Assembly: GCA_035448805.1 (NCBI GenBank)
Contig: DAOTJR010000003.1
Coordinates: 66,062-130,061 of the forward strand
Direction: 5' to 3'
Source: Syntrophales bacterium
GTDB taxonomy: Bacteria; Desulfobacterota; Syntrophia; Syntrophales; UBA8958
Length of the DNA: 64,000 nucleotides
Shown here: positions 55,829 through 64,000 of the stretch, one piece after another
Numbering within the stretch: the stretch's first letter is position 1
How the letters are laid out: every line of letters begins with the position of its first letter
Notes under the pieces: model-generated
Databases searched by the model: none
Told to the model about the DNA's origin: nothing
Seen by the model: the letters and a program-made list of their open reading frames with translations, nothing else
Position numbers and translations under genes: made by a program

Positions 55829-56568
55829 GGTTCGACAAGGTCAGGATCGAACACGCCGTAAATGGTTTGTCTAAATCGCTCGGTCCGGGGCTGGCCGCCG
55901 TCTGGCCGATCTGCCTGGGTTACATCCCCATCGGCATGGCCCTGGGGGTCTTGGCCCAGAAAGCAGGTTTGCACCCCGGGGACGTGGGGATAATGTCCCT
56001 CCTCGTCTTTGCCGGCAGCGCCCAGTTTATAGGCGTTTCCATGCTTTCCACAGGGGCCGGGGCCCTGGCCGTCATTTTGACGACCTTTATCGTCAACCTC
56101 CGCCATCTCCTCATGAGCGCCTCCCTCGCCGTGCACCTGCAAGATCTCCCGAAGCGGTTACTGCCCCTTTATGCATACGGGGTGACGGACGAAAGCTTCG
56201 CCGTAAACATGACCCGCTTCCGCGCCGGGGACTGGGACTGGCGTCGGGCCCTTGTCGTCAATATCTTTTCCAACCTTACCTGGATCGCCGGCACCGTCGT
56301 CGGCTGCTATGCCGGAGAACTCATCCCCGCCGGGGCTTACGGCATCGATTACGCCCTGACGGCCATGTTCATCTGCCTCCTCATCCTGCAGATGCAAAGC
56401 CGCCTGCATATCCTGGCGGCGGCGGTATCCGGCCTCCTGGCCGTCGGTATTTCCCTGGTGACGGAGGGCAATATGTACATTGTCATCGCCGCCATGATCA
56501 GCGCGACCATATGTCTTTTTGCGGCGGGGGGAAAAAGAGGTGTGACGGAAAGCAGAGGTGCATCATGA
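55825..56568 (+). CDS. azlC: AzlC-family branched-chain amino acid exporter subunit
   Basis: 247 aa. Pattern GYIPIGMALGVLA...FAGSAQF...NLRH typical of AzlC. TTG start, uncertain. Confidence 0.8.
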   Translation: MRFDKVRIEHAVNGLSKSLGPGLAAVWPICLGYIPIGMALGVLAQKAGLHPGDVGIMSLLVFAGSAQFIGVSMLSTGAGALAVILTTFIVNLRHLLMSASLAVHLQDLPKRLLPLYAYGVTDESFAVNMTRFRAGDWDWRRALVVNIFSNLTWIAGTVVGCYAGELIPAGAYGIDYALTAMFICLLILQMQSRLHILAAAVSGLLAVGISLVTEGNMYIVIAAMISATICLFAAGGKRGVTESRGAS

Positions 56569-56894
56569 CGAGCGACGCCTTGCTGCTGCTTACCTTCGCC
56601 GGGATGGGGGTCGTGACTTATCTCCCCCGATGGCTGCCCCTCCGTTACCTGTCGGAAAAGAAGCTGCCCCCGTGGTTGGCGACCTGGCTCGATTTCATTC
56701 CCGCTGCGATCCTGAGCGCCCTGCTGATGCCGTCCCTGGTGACGGGCGGTCATCCCCGGACGCTGGATCTTACCCGGCCGGAATTGATCGTCGCCCTCCC
56801 TACCTTTCTGTTTGCCTGGAAAACAAAATCTCTGGGCGGCACCGTCCTGATCGGGATGGGGCTCTTCTGGCTGGCCGGCCGCCTTGCCGTTTGA
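56565..56894 (+). CDS. azlD: AzlD-family small membrane subunit
   Basis: ATG at 56565 overlaps the azlC stop (ATGA). 109 aa. The YLPRWLPL motif is typical of AzlD. Confidence 0.75.
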   Translation: MTSDALLLLTFAGMGVVTYLPRWLPLRYLSEKKLPPWLATWLDFIPAAILSALLMPSLVTGGHPRTLDLTRPELIVALPTFLFAWKTKSLGGTVLIGMGLFWLAGRLAV

Positions 56895-56970
56895 GGCCGC
56901 CGCAAGAAGCTTTCAAGTATCGGAAGATATTTTCGCGCGGCAGGACTCCCGAGTTACGGGGCAGATGATA

Positions 56971-57687
56971 CTACATTCCCAGGTAGGCCTTGCGCACCTC
57001 TTCCGAATCCAGCAGCTCCCGGGCGGATCCCGACTGGACGATCCTGCCGTTCTGGATCACATAGCCCCGGTGGGCGATCTCCAGGGTCTCCTGGACCATC
57101 TGCTCCACCAGCAGCACGGTCGTTCCGGCGCGATTGACGGCGACGACGGTCTCCATCATCTTCTCCGCCATGCTCGGCATGAGCCCCAGAGACATTTCGT
57201 CCAGCATGAGCAGTTGGGGCCGGGACATGAGCCCCCGGGCGATGGCCAGCATCTGCTGCTCACCGCCGCTCAGGGTTTCGGCGGTCTGCCGGGAACGTTC
57301 CCGGAGGATCGGAAAGATTTCCATTATTTCCTCCTGGCGGCGGCGGATCTCCGCCGGTGATACCTCGGCATAGGCCCCCAGGGCGAGATTCTTCTCCACC
57401 GACAGTTTCGCGAAAAGCCGGCGCCCTTCGGGTACGTAACTGATCCCGAGTTTCAAAATCCGATGGGCCGGCAACAGGGAGATGTCTTGTCCGGCAAAGA
57501 CAATCCGGCCCTGGAGAGGATGGGCGAGACCGCAAATGGTGCGCATGGTGGTGGTCTTTCCCGCGCCGTTGGCACCGACGATAGCCACCAGTTCCCCGGG
57601 CATGACCTCCAGGGAGATGCCGAAGAGTACCGGTATTCCGTCGTAACCGGCATGGAGCTCCTCGACCTTCAGGATCGGTTCAGCCAA
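56971..57687 (-). CDS. livF: Branched-chain amino acid ABC transporter ATP-binding protein (LivF type)
   Basis: 238 aa. Walker A GANGAGKTT, signature LSGGEQQML and Walker B LLMLDE. Confidence 0.9.
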   Translation of the reverse strand: MAEPILKVEELHAGYDGIPVLFGISLEVMPGELVAIVGANGAGKTTTMRTICGLAHPLQGRIVFAGQDISLLPAHRILKLGISYVPEGRRLFAKLSVEKNLALGAYAEVSPAEIRRRQEEIMEIFPILRERSRQTAETLSGGEQQMLAIARGLMSRPQLLMLDEMSLGLMPSMAEKMMETVVAVNRAGTTVLLVEQMVQETLEIAHRGYVIQNGRIVQSGSARELLDSEEVRKAYLGM

Positions 57688-58438
57688 GGTTGCCGCCCTC
57701 CTTCCGTGCCTTGAAGCGCTGGCTGTATTTAGCGCCCAGGTAGGCCTCGATCACCCGCTCGTCGTTGACGATATTGCCCGGTACGTCTTCGGCGATCTTC
57801 ACACCGCCGTCGAGAACCACCACCTTGTCGGCGATAGGCATAATCCCCTCCATGACATGTTCCACGATCATCATGGTGAGGCCGGTTTCCCGGAGGCGCA
57901 GGATCACATCCAGAGAGGCCTTGATCTCCGTGGAGGTCATGCCGGCCATGACCTCGTCCAGCATGAGCAGCTTGGGACGGGTAGCCAGGGCCCGTGCCAT
58001 CTCGAGCCGCTTCTTGCCGCCGATGGAAAGCTCGCCCGCCGGACGGTCCTGAAGGGAATCCAGGTTGCAGAGCCGGACACACTCCGCCGCCCGCGCGGCG
58101 GCTTCTCTTTTGTCTCCGGTCTTGAGAAAGGCGCCGACGAGGACATTGTCGAAGACGGTCATGTCTTTGAGGGGACGTACCACCTGGAAGGTCCGTACCG
58201 CCCCCCGGCGGGCGATCTCATAGGGCTTCAGAGCGGTGATCTCCCGGCCGTCTAAAAAGACAGCGCCGCCGTCCGCCGGAAATAGTCCGGTGATACAGTT
58301 GAAGAGGGTGGTCTTTCCAGCGCCGTTGGGACCGATCAGACCCACGATGGTCCCGGCCTCCACAGTGAAGCTCACCCGGTCGTTGGCTACCAGTTCGCCG
58401 AATTTTTTGGTCACCTCCCGAACCTCAAGAAGAGCCAT
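57680..58438 (-). CDS. livG: Branched-chain amino acid ABC transporter ATP-binding protein (LivG type)
   Basis: ATG at 58438 is preceded by GAGGAGG. Walker A GPNGAGKTT, signature-like LSIGGKKRLE and Walker B LLMLDE. Confidence 0.9.
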   Translation of the reverse strand: MALLEVREVTKKFGELVANDRVSFTVEAGTIVGLIGPNGAGKTTLFNCITGLFPADGGAVFLDGREITALKPYEIARRGAVRTFQVVRPLKDMTVFDNVLVGAFLKTGDKREAAARAAECVRLCNLDSLQDRPAGELSIGGKKRLEMARALATRPKLLMLDEVMAGMTSTEIKASLDVILRLRETGLTMMIVEHVMEGIMPIADKVVVLDGGVKIAEDVPGNIVNDERVIEAYLGAKYSQRFKARKEGGNLG

Positions 58439-59456
58439 GGGGAGCCTCCTCTTTTCCGGGACTCCGGCGCCGCGCGTACCGCCTCCGGAGGTCATGGATG
58501 ATGCCGATTATCCCGGCGGGCTGTTTGACGACGATAATAATGATCAAAAGCCCGAAGACGATGAGATCGACACCGCCGCCGAGACCGCCCCAAAGGGCGC
58601 GGGAATACTCCTGCAGGGGGATCAGTACCGCCGCCCCGAGAAGGGGACCGACGAGGGTGCCGGTACCGCCCAGGACGGTGATCAGCACGAACTTCATGGA
58701 CATGTCGAGGGACATGACCATGGGCGGATCGACACGGAGATTGTACTGGACAAAAAAGGACCCGCAGAGAGCGGCCAAGGCCGCCGAAAGAGCCATGCCG
58801 GACAATTTCACGGCGGTGCTGTTCACCCCCAGGGATTCGGCGGTCTCCTGCCCCTCCCTGACCGCCCGCATATAGTACCCGAAGCGATGACTTTCCAGCC
58901 AGCGGACCAGACCGAAGGTCAGCAGGAAAAGGACCAGGACGCAATAGTAGTAACCGGTCTTCGAGTCGTGCCACATGAGATTCCCCAGGCCTTGTTCCAC
59001 CAGGGGGTAATCCAGGCCCAGGGCGCCGCCGACCCAGTCCCAGACGAGAAAGCCGCGGTTGAAGATCTCGACGATGGCAAAGGTGGCGATAGCGAAATAG
59101 TGACCGGTGAGCTTGAAGCAGGGGTAGCTGATGACCACGGCGACGACGGCCGCCAGGACCATGCCGATCAGGATCCCCAGCCACGGGGTGCCGCCGTAGG
59201 CAACCACGGCCATGCCGGCGCCGTAGGCCCCGATGCCGAAGAACACCGAATGGCCGAAGGACACCTGGCCGCAGTACCCGCCGATGATGTTCCAGGCCTG
59301 GGACATGCTGGCGAACAGCATAATGAGGATCAGGATGTGCATGCGGAAGGAATTCTCGCCCAATGCCGGCATGAAGGGCAGGACGGCCAGGAGGGCGATT
59401 AAAACGAGCCAGGCCCCGTCTTTTCTCTGTACAGGTATTCCTTGTCCGTAGCTCAC
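58425..59456 (-). CDS. livM: Branched-chain amino acid ABC transporter permease (LivM type)
   Basis: 343-aa polytopic protein. GQVSFGH motif. Located between the livH-like and livG-like genes. Confidence 0.85.
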   Translation of the reverse strand: MSYGQGIPVQRKDGAWLVLIALLAVLPFMPALGENSFRMHILILIMLFASMSQAWNIIGGYCGQVSFGHSVFFGIGAYGAGMAVVAYGGTPWLGILIGMVLAAVVAVVISYPCFKLTGHYFAIATFAIVEIFNRGFLVWDWVGGALGLDYPLVEQGLGNLMWHDSKTGYYYCVLVLFLLTFGLVRWLESHRFGYYMRAVREGQETAESLGVNSTAVKLSGMALSAALAALCGSFFVQYNLRVDPPMVMSLDMSMKFVLITVLGGTGTLVGPLLGAAVLIPLQEYSRALWGGLGGGVDLIVFGLLIIIIVVKQPAGIIGIIHDLRRRYARRRSPGKEEAPHGSS

Positions 59457-60313
59457 CAGCCGAAGATTCCTTTCGGCCGCAGGAAAACCACGGCGAGATA
59501 GAGGCCGAACACGGCGATGTATTTGAAAACAGGGGCGATATAAAAACCTGCCAGGGCCTCCACGACTCCTACCAGGAGTCCGGCGAGAAAGGCCCCCGGA
59601 ATGCTCCCGAAACCGCCCATGGCCACACAGACAAAGGCGATAAGCCCGAACATGGAGCCCACCTCGGGATGCACCGCCAGATAGGAGGGCATGATACCGC
59701 CGGCAATGCCCACGCAGGCCCCGCCGATGCCGAAGATCAGGACATAGATCCGTTCCGTATTGATGCCCATCAGTTCCGCAGCCTCACGGTCCATGGCGGT
59801 GGCCTGAACGGCCCAGCCGAACCGGGTGGTATTGATGAGGGCATAGATCAGTCCGACAACGACCAGGGAGAGAACCCCTGCCGCCAGCTGCGGAACGGGG
59901 ACGATGAGGCTGCCCAAGAGAAAGGTCTTACCCCCCAGCCAGGTATCGGAAAGGATGAGAAAATTGGGAGAAAACCGGTTCATGCAGAGGTTCTTGAGGA
60001 ACATGGCGAGACCGAAGGTGGCCAACAGGGCCACCAGCCCCGGCCGGCCGATGGTGTAGCGGATGATCAGCTTGTAGGTCAGGGCGCCCAGCAGAAAAAC
60101 GAAAATCCCGGCGGCGAATACCGAAACAACGGGATCGACGCGCGCGAGAAACCCCAACCAATAGCTTACATACATCCCCACCATCAGGTACTCGCCATGG
60201 GCGAAATTGATTACATCCATGACGCCCCAGATAAGGCAGAGCCCGGCGGCCACCAGCGCATAAACCATGCCGCTCAACATGCCGTCGATCAGAACCTGAA
60301 CAAGTGTCTCCAT
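59453..60313 (-). CDS. livH: Branched-chain amino acid ABC transporter permease (LivH type)
   Basis: 286-aa polytopic protein. INFAHGE motif. Its stop overlaps the livM start. Confidence 0.85.
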   Translation of the reverse strand: METLVQVLIDGMLSGMVYALVAAGLCLIWGVMDVINFAHGEYLMVGMYVSYWLGFLARVDPVVSVFAAGIFVFLLGALTYKLIIRYTIGRPGLVALLATFGLAMFLKNLCMNRFSPNFLILSDTWLGGKTFLLGSLIVPVPQLAAGVLSLVVVGLIYALINTTRFGWAVQATAMDREAAELMGINTERIYVLIFGIGGACVGIAGGIMPSYLAVHPEVGSMFGLIAFVCVAMGGFGSIPGAFLAGLLVGVVEALAGFYIAPVFKYIAVFGLYLAVVFLRPKGIFGW

Positions 60314-60559
60314 AACCTACCGCTTTCCTGCCGCAAACCCAATCCTATGAGGGAACCGCACAGGCACCCGTTTCCATTCCCTGACCCCCTCTCCGGAAGC
60401 GGAGCGGGAGGCGGCACACCTCAAACCTCTCTCCGTGCCGTCCCCAACAGGGTCAAGATTTTGCGATTACAAGGACAAAAACCGGGGCTGGCGTCCACAA
60501 ACGGCAATCCCTCCCCGGTCATCGTCCTGGTCAAACTGTCTTTTGATGTTAACGGTCCC

Positions 60560-61840
60560 TTACCTCTTGTCCCAGGGCTTCATGGGGAAGACGATCTTGC
60601 CGTCCGCCATCTTTTCCGGATAAATCCGTTTGTACTCCCCGCCCTGGAGCTGGGTGACGATGCTTTTCGCCATGACGTTCTGGCCGCCCTTGACGAACTT
60701 CACCTTCCCGCCCAGGGAGAGGGGCGAATCCCAGGTATTGGCATAAAGGGTGCTCACCACCTTTTCCGTATCCAGGCTCCCGGCCTTCTCGATAGCCTGG
60801 GCCAGGACCAGCATGGCCACCGCCTCCTGAATACTGTTGCCGTCGAAAGGTACGCCGCCCGTCTTGGTCTTGAATATCTTCTCGACAGCGGCCACCGCCG
60901 GCATCAAACCGGCGAATTGGGGCGAATAACCGGAGGAACCCATGAAATAGTTCGCGTCGTCACCCAGCTGTTTGGTGATGACGGGGTCCTGGTAGCCCGA
61001 GCAGTAGTTGATGATGATCTTGGGCAGAAAGTTCGCCTGCTTCATCGTCCGGACCCACAGGGAGTAGTCGGCGCCGAGAACGGCTCCGAACACCGCGTCG
61101 GGATTGGCCTTCTTCAGGGTCTGAACCTCGCTGTTGAGATTGGTGGCCCCGGGCGTGAAGGGGACATCGGTAACGACCTTGAAACCGCCGGCGGCCGCCG
61201 CCTTTTTTGCCTCCTCGGCGGCGTGTTTGCCGAATTCGCTGTTTTCGTAAATGACACCCAGGGTCTTGATGTTGGCTTTGTTCTTCTTGTTGACCCACTT
61301 CAGAACCTCGACGAAGTCCACCGATTCGGTGGCATCAGTGGGGGCCAGGCGGAAGAAATACTTCATGTCCCGCTGGGTGAGAGCCGCCGAGCTGGAGGAA
61401 CCGCACATGAAGATCTTTTTCATCCGCTCCGCGACGAAGCTGGCAGGTTTGCTCACCGAAGAGTTGTAAGAACCGATGAGCGCCCAGACACCCTCCTGAT
61501 TGAGGAGCCGTTCGGCCTCCGCCTTACCTACATCCGGCTTGCCCTGACTGTCGGCATGTACCAGGACGATCTTGTATCCTTTCAGGAGACCCTCCTGTTT
61601 GGCGAGGGGGACCTTTATCTCCGGATGTTTGTTGTTGATGATTTCCACGGCCGTCTGGACGGCCGCCTGACAGCGTTGTCCGGCGGTGGCTACAGGGCCG
61701 GTGAGGGGAAAGATCGTGCCGATCTTGATGACCTTTTCGGCGGCCAGGACCGATCCTGTACCCGGACCGAAACCGAGAAGCAGCGCCATAACGGCCAGGC
61801 ATACGATCCAACGGTTCAAGCGGGACACTCGATACGACAT
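60560..61840 (-). CDS. Leu/Ile/Val-type ABC transporter substrate-binding protein
   Basis: 426 aa. Signal peptide ending VLA/AE and the IKIGTIFPLTGPVA pattern typical of type I periplasmic binding proteins. Confidence 0.85.
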   Translation of the reverse strand: MSYRVSRLNRWIVCLAVMALLLGFGPGTGSVLAAEKVIKIGTIFPLTGPVATAGQRCQAAVQTAVEIINNKHPEIKVPLAKQEGLLKGYKIVLVHADSQGKPDVGKAEAERLLNQEGVWALIGSYNSSVSKPASFVAERMKKIFMCGSSSSAALTQRDMKYFFRLAPTDATESVDFVEVLKWVNKKNKANIKTLGVIYENSEFGKHAAEEAKKAAAAGGFKVVTDVPFTPGATNLNSEVQTLKKANPDAVFGAVLGADYSLWVRTMKQANFLPKIIINYCSGYQDPVITKQLGDDANYFMGSSGYSPQFAGLMPAVAAVEKIFKTKTGGVPFDGNSIQEAVAMLVLAQAIEKAGSLDTEKVVSTLYANTWDSPLSLGGKVKFVKGGQNVMAKSIVTQLQGGEYKRIYPEKMADGKIVFPMKPWDKR

Positions 61841-61971
61841 AGAATTACCTCCTTTTCTTTTCTGTAGTGGTTGTTGCGGACTACTGCTGAAACAGGTCTT
61901 GCTTTTCCGGGAAGGGACTATATGAAATTCACCCGTATGTCAATGGAAAACAGGCAAAATCAATCCGTCCT

Positions 61972-62871
61972 TCAGTCCGGTGTCGGCTCCTGTTTCGTTA
62001 CGATCACGGCGTCGAACCACTTGCGGGAGATAGCGTCGGCGCTGCCGTCCGCCTTCATTTCCGTCAGGACCCGGTCGACGGCGTCGCGCAGGGCCCGGTC
62101 CTTTTTGCGGAAGCCCACGGCGTACTGTTCCCGCCCGAAATCCTCGGCCAGGACGGTGAAGACCCCCGGCTGCCGGGCGGCCAGGTAACGCCCCATCACC
62201 TCGTCGATGATCACGGCGTCGATACGTCCCGCCGCCAGCTCGCCTATGGCGGCCATATCGTCGGGGTAGCGTTTGCATGCCGCGATCTGCATGGCAAGCC
62301 GCCGATCGGCCTGCAGGGCCTTTTCGCTGGAGGAGCCGAGCTGGACGCCGACCCTTTTCCCCCGGAGATCCGCCCGGCGCGAAATCGCCGCCCCGCTGCG
62401 GACCATGACGGTCTGGCGGTTGTCGAGGTAGGGCCGGGAGAAGATGATCCGCTCCCGACGTTCCGGGGTTATGGAAAGACCGTTCCAGATCATGTCGATT
62501 TCCCCCGCCGCGAGGCGGTCGATAACCCCGTCCCAGGCCACGGGACGGAAAACGACCTTCACCCCCAGTCGCGCCGCGGCATTTTTTGCCAGGTCGATAT
62601 CGAAGCCCGCCAGTTCGTCGCCGGCGGTGAACCGTTCCACCTTTTTCGTCGCCGGATTCAGCTCATAGCGTACGGTCCGGTCGGGAAGGGGCCGGCGAAA
62701 GCCCAGGGGGGGAAACTTGTCGTCCAGACCGACGACAAAGTAGCCCTTCAATTTCACCATCTCCAGCGAGCGATCGCCACCGTCCGGACCGGGGCAACCG
62801 GCGGTAAAAAGCAGCGCCAGCAGCAGCGCCGCGGCCGCCGGCAGGAAGAGCCTTCTCTTCCGGCCGGACAT
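61972..62871 (-). CDS. Family 3 (polar amino acid type) substrate-binding lipoprotein
   Basis: ATG at 62871 gives MSGRKRRLFLP...LLFTAGC (lipobox). GFDIDLAK, WDGVI, DMIWNGLSITPER motifs. Confidence 0.75.
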   Translation of the reverse strand: MSGRKRRLFLPAAAALLLALLFTAGCPGPDGGDRSLEMVKLKGYFVVGLDDKFPPLGFRRPLPDRTVRYELNPATKKVERFTAGDELAGFDIDLAKNAAARLGVKVVFRPVAWDGVIDRLAAGEIDMIWNGLSITPERRERIIFSRPYLDNRQTVMVRSGAAISRRADLRGKRVGVQLGSSSEKALQADRRLAMQIAACKRYPDDMAAIGELAAGRIDAVIIDEVMGRYLAARQPGVFTVLAEDFGREQYAVGFRKKDRALRDAVDRVLTEMKADGSADAISRKWFDAVIVTKQEPTPD

Positions 62872-63143
62872 CGGCGGGCGCGAAAAACTTTTGGTCCGGG
62901 GAGCGACCCGCAGCATGGAAGCCCTCTTTTCACGACAATTCATCACGGCAACGGCCGGGTTAAGAAAAACCGGGGGATCATCACAAAAATCATGAACGTC
63001 GGGCATCGGTCACTTTTCTATGATCATGCCGTTTTCCCGCTTCGTGGCGCCCCACGGAGCAGGGCGGTTTTTCTACCGCGGCGACGGAGATTGCGGCGCC
63101 CCGCCGTCCGGAAACCTTTTACCCCGTCCGTAGCGCCGCCCCT

Positions 63144-64000
63144 TCAGTTCCCGGGAACATACCGGGGTTGGAGCATGTTTGCCGGCGACAGGATGTCCGC
63201 CAGCTCCTCTTTCGTCAGGTACCCCTTTTCCAGGACGACTTCCGCCACCGACCGTCCCGTCTCCAGGGCGGCACGGGCCACCTCCGACGCCTTCTCGTAG
63301 CCGATATGGGGATTGAGGGCGGTCACCAGCCCGATGCTTCTTTCGACGTTGAGGCGGCACTGCTCCCGGTTGGCCGTGATCCCCCTGATGCAGCGGTCCG
63401 TCAGGGTAAGACAGGCATTTTTCAGGAAGGTTATGGAGTTGAAGAGGCTGAAGGCGATGATGGGCTCCATGGCGTTCAACTGGAGCTGCCCCGCCTCGGC
63501 GGCGAAGGTGACGGTCGTGTCGCTGCCGACGACATAGAAGGCCACCTGATTCACCACCTCGGGGATGACGGGGTTCACCTTGCCGGGCATGATCGTGGAA
63601 CCGGGGGCCATGGCGGGCAGGTGTATCTCGTTGAGGCCGCACCGCGGACCCGAGGACAGGAGGCGCAGGTCGTTGCATATTTTCGACAGCTTTACCGCCA
63701 CGCGCTTCAGTACCCCGGAGAGCTGGACATAGACCCCCGAATCCTGGGTGGCCTCCACGAGATTGACCGCCGCTTCCAATTCGATGCCGGTGAATTGGCG
63801 CAGATAGAGCACCGCCAGGGGCGAGTATTCCGGGTGGGCGTTCAGTCCCGTGCCGACGGCCGTGCCCCCCAGGTTGATCTCCCGGAGCAGTTGCTCCGTT
63901 TCCTTTACCCGGGCGATGTCTTCGCCCACCATGACGGCGAAGGCGGAAAATTCCTGTCGCAGGCTCATGGGAACGGCGTCCTGCAACTGGGTCCGGCCCA
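63144..64000 (-). CDS. aspA: Aspartate ammonia-lyase, C-terminal about 285 codons; the 5' end is beyond the window
   Basis: The frame is open to nt 64000. TQLQDAVPMSLRQEF, NLGGTAVGTGLN and signature GSTIMPGKVNPVIPE. DAVPM favours aspartase over class II fumarase. Confidence 0.8.
   Translation of the reverse strand, partial: GRTQLQDAVPMSLRQEFSAFAVMVGEDIARVKETEQLLREINLGGTAVGTGLNAHPEYSPLAVLYLRQFTGIELEAAVNLVEATQDSGVYVQLSGVLKRVAVKLSKICNDLRLLSSGPRCGLNEIHLPAMAPGSTIMPGKVNPVIPEVVNQVAFYVVGSDTTVTFAAEAGQLQLNAMEPIIAFSLFNSITFLKNACLTLTDRCIRGITANREQCRLNVERSIGLVTALNPHIGYEKASEVARAALETGRSVAEVVLEKGYLTKEELADILSPANMLQPRYVPGN

Noticed and set aside
59669-61867. A 732-aa plus-strand ORF across livH, the spacer and the binding-protein gene. 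Similar long antisense ORFs occur at 49668-51047, 17774-19267, 43187-44692, 37929-39194, 15904-16920 and 5334-6431.
   Set aside because: All are antisense to genes with clear family motifs, span intergenic regions, lack an RBS and have low-complexity Arg/Gly/Asp/His-rich translations. I treat them as composition artefacts.

Overview
This is a GC-rich chromosomal segment (roughly 60% by eye) with AT-richer intergenic islands. From its gene content (Flx-Hdr, NfnAB, an Ahb-type haem gene, a selenocysteine MvhD) I infer an anaerobic Desulfobacterota or deltaproteobacterial-type organism. I support about 60 densely packed protein genes, RNase P RNA and one tRNA(CAT).

Gene order, left to right:
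- Acyl-CoA ligase (5' truncated by the window) and small accessory genes.
- An orphan F0 c-subunit gene.
- ahbA/B-like and hemL.
- Nucleotide-sugar genes (GlcNAc/glucuronate-type dehydrogenase and epimerase, gmd, fcl).
- atpZ-atpI-atpB, with no atpE.
- Three tandem hsp20 genes.
- A hydrolase and a hemolysin-III gene.
- A 12-kb minus-strand redox cluster: giant HdrL-type HdrA, Sec-MvhD, FlxC-like, HdrC, HdrB, FlxB-like, FlxA-like, then NfnA and NfnB.
- engB.
- A sigma54 activator with a PAS kinase, divergent from a second c-subunit paralog and an output-less Cache protein.
- ppsA.
- rnpB, a COG1579 gene, tRNA(CAT), rpoD, dnaG and yqeY.
- A HIT gene and the his genes.
- A TRAP transporter.
- A PP2C phosphatase.
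- azlCD.
- A liv-type ABC transporter.
- aspA (partial, runs off the right edge).

I see no CRISPR array, transposase, integrase, phage genes or recognisable defence genes.

Most interesting items:
1. A sigma54-type promoter in front of an orphan proteolipid plus sensor-only Cache protein pair.
2. The giant HdrA/GltD fusion within a Flx-Hdr-Nfn supercluster.
3. An in-frame TGA (selenocysteine) in the MvhD-like gene, with a SECIS-like hairpin downstream.
4. A roughly 124-nt structured intergenic repeat present twice in inverted orientation.

All homology calls are by-eye motif recognition. No database search was run.
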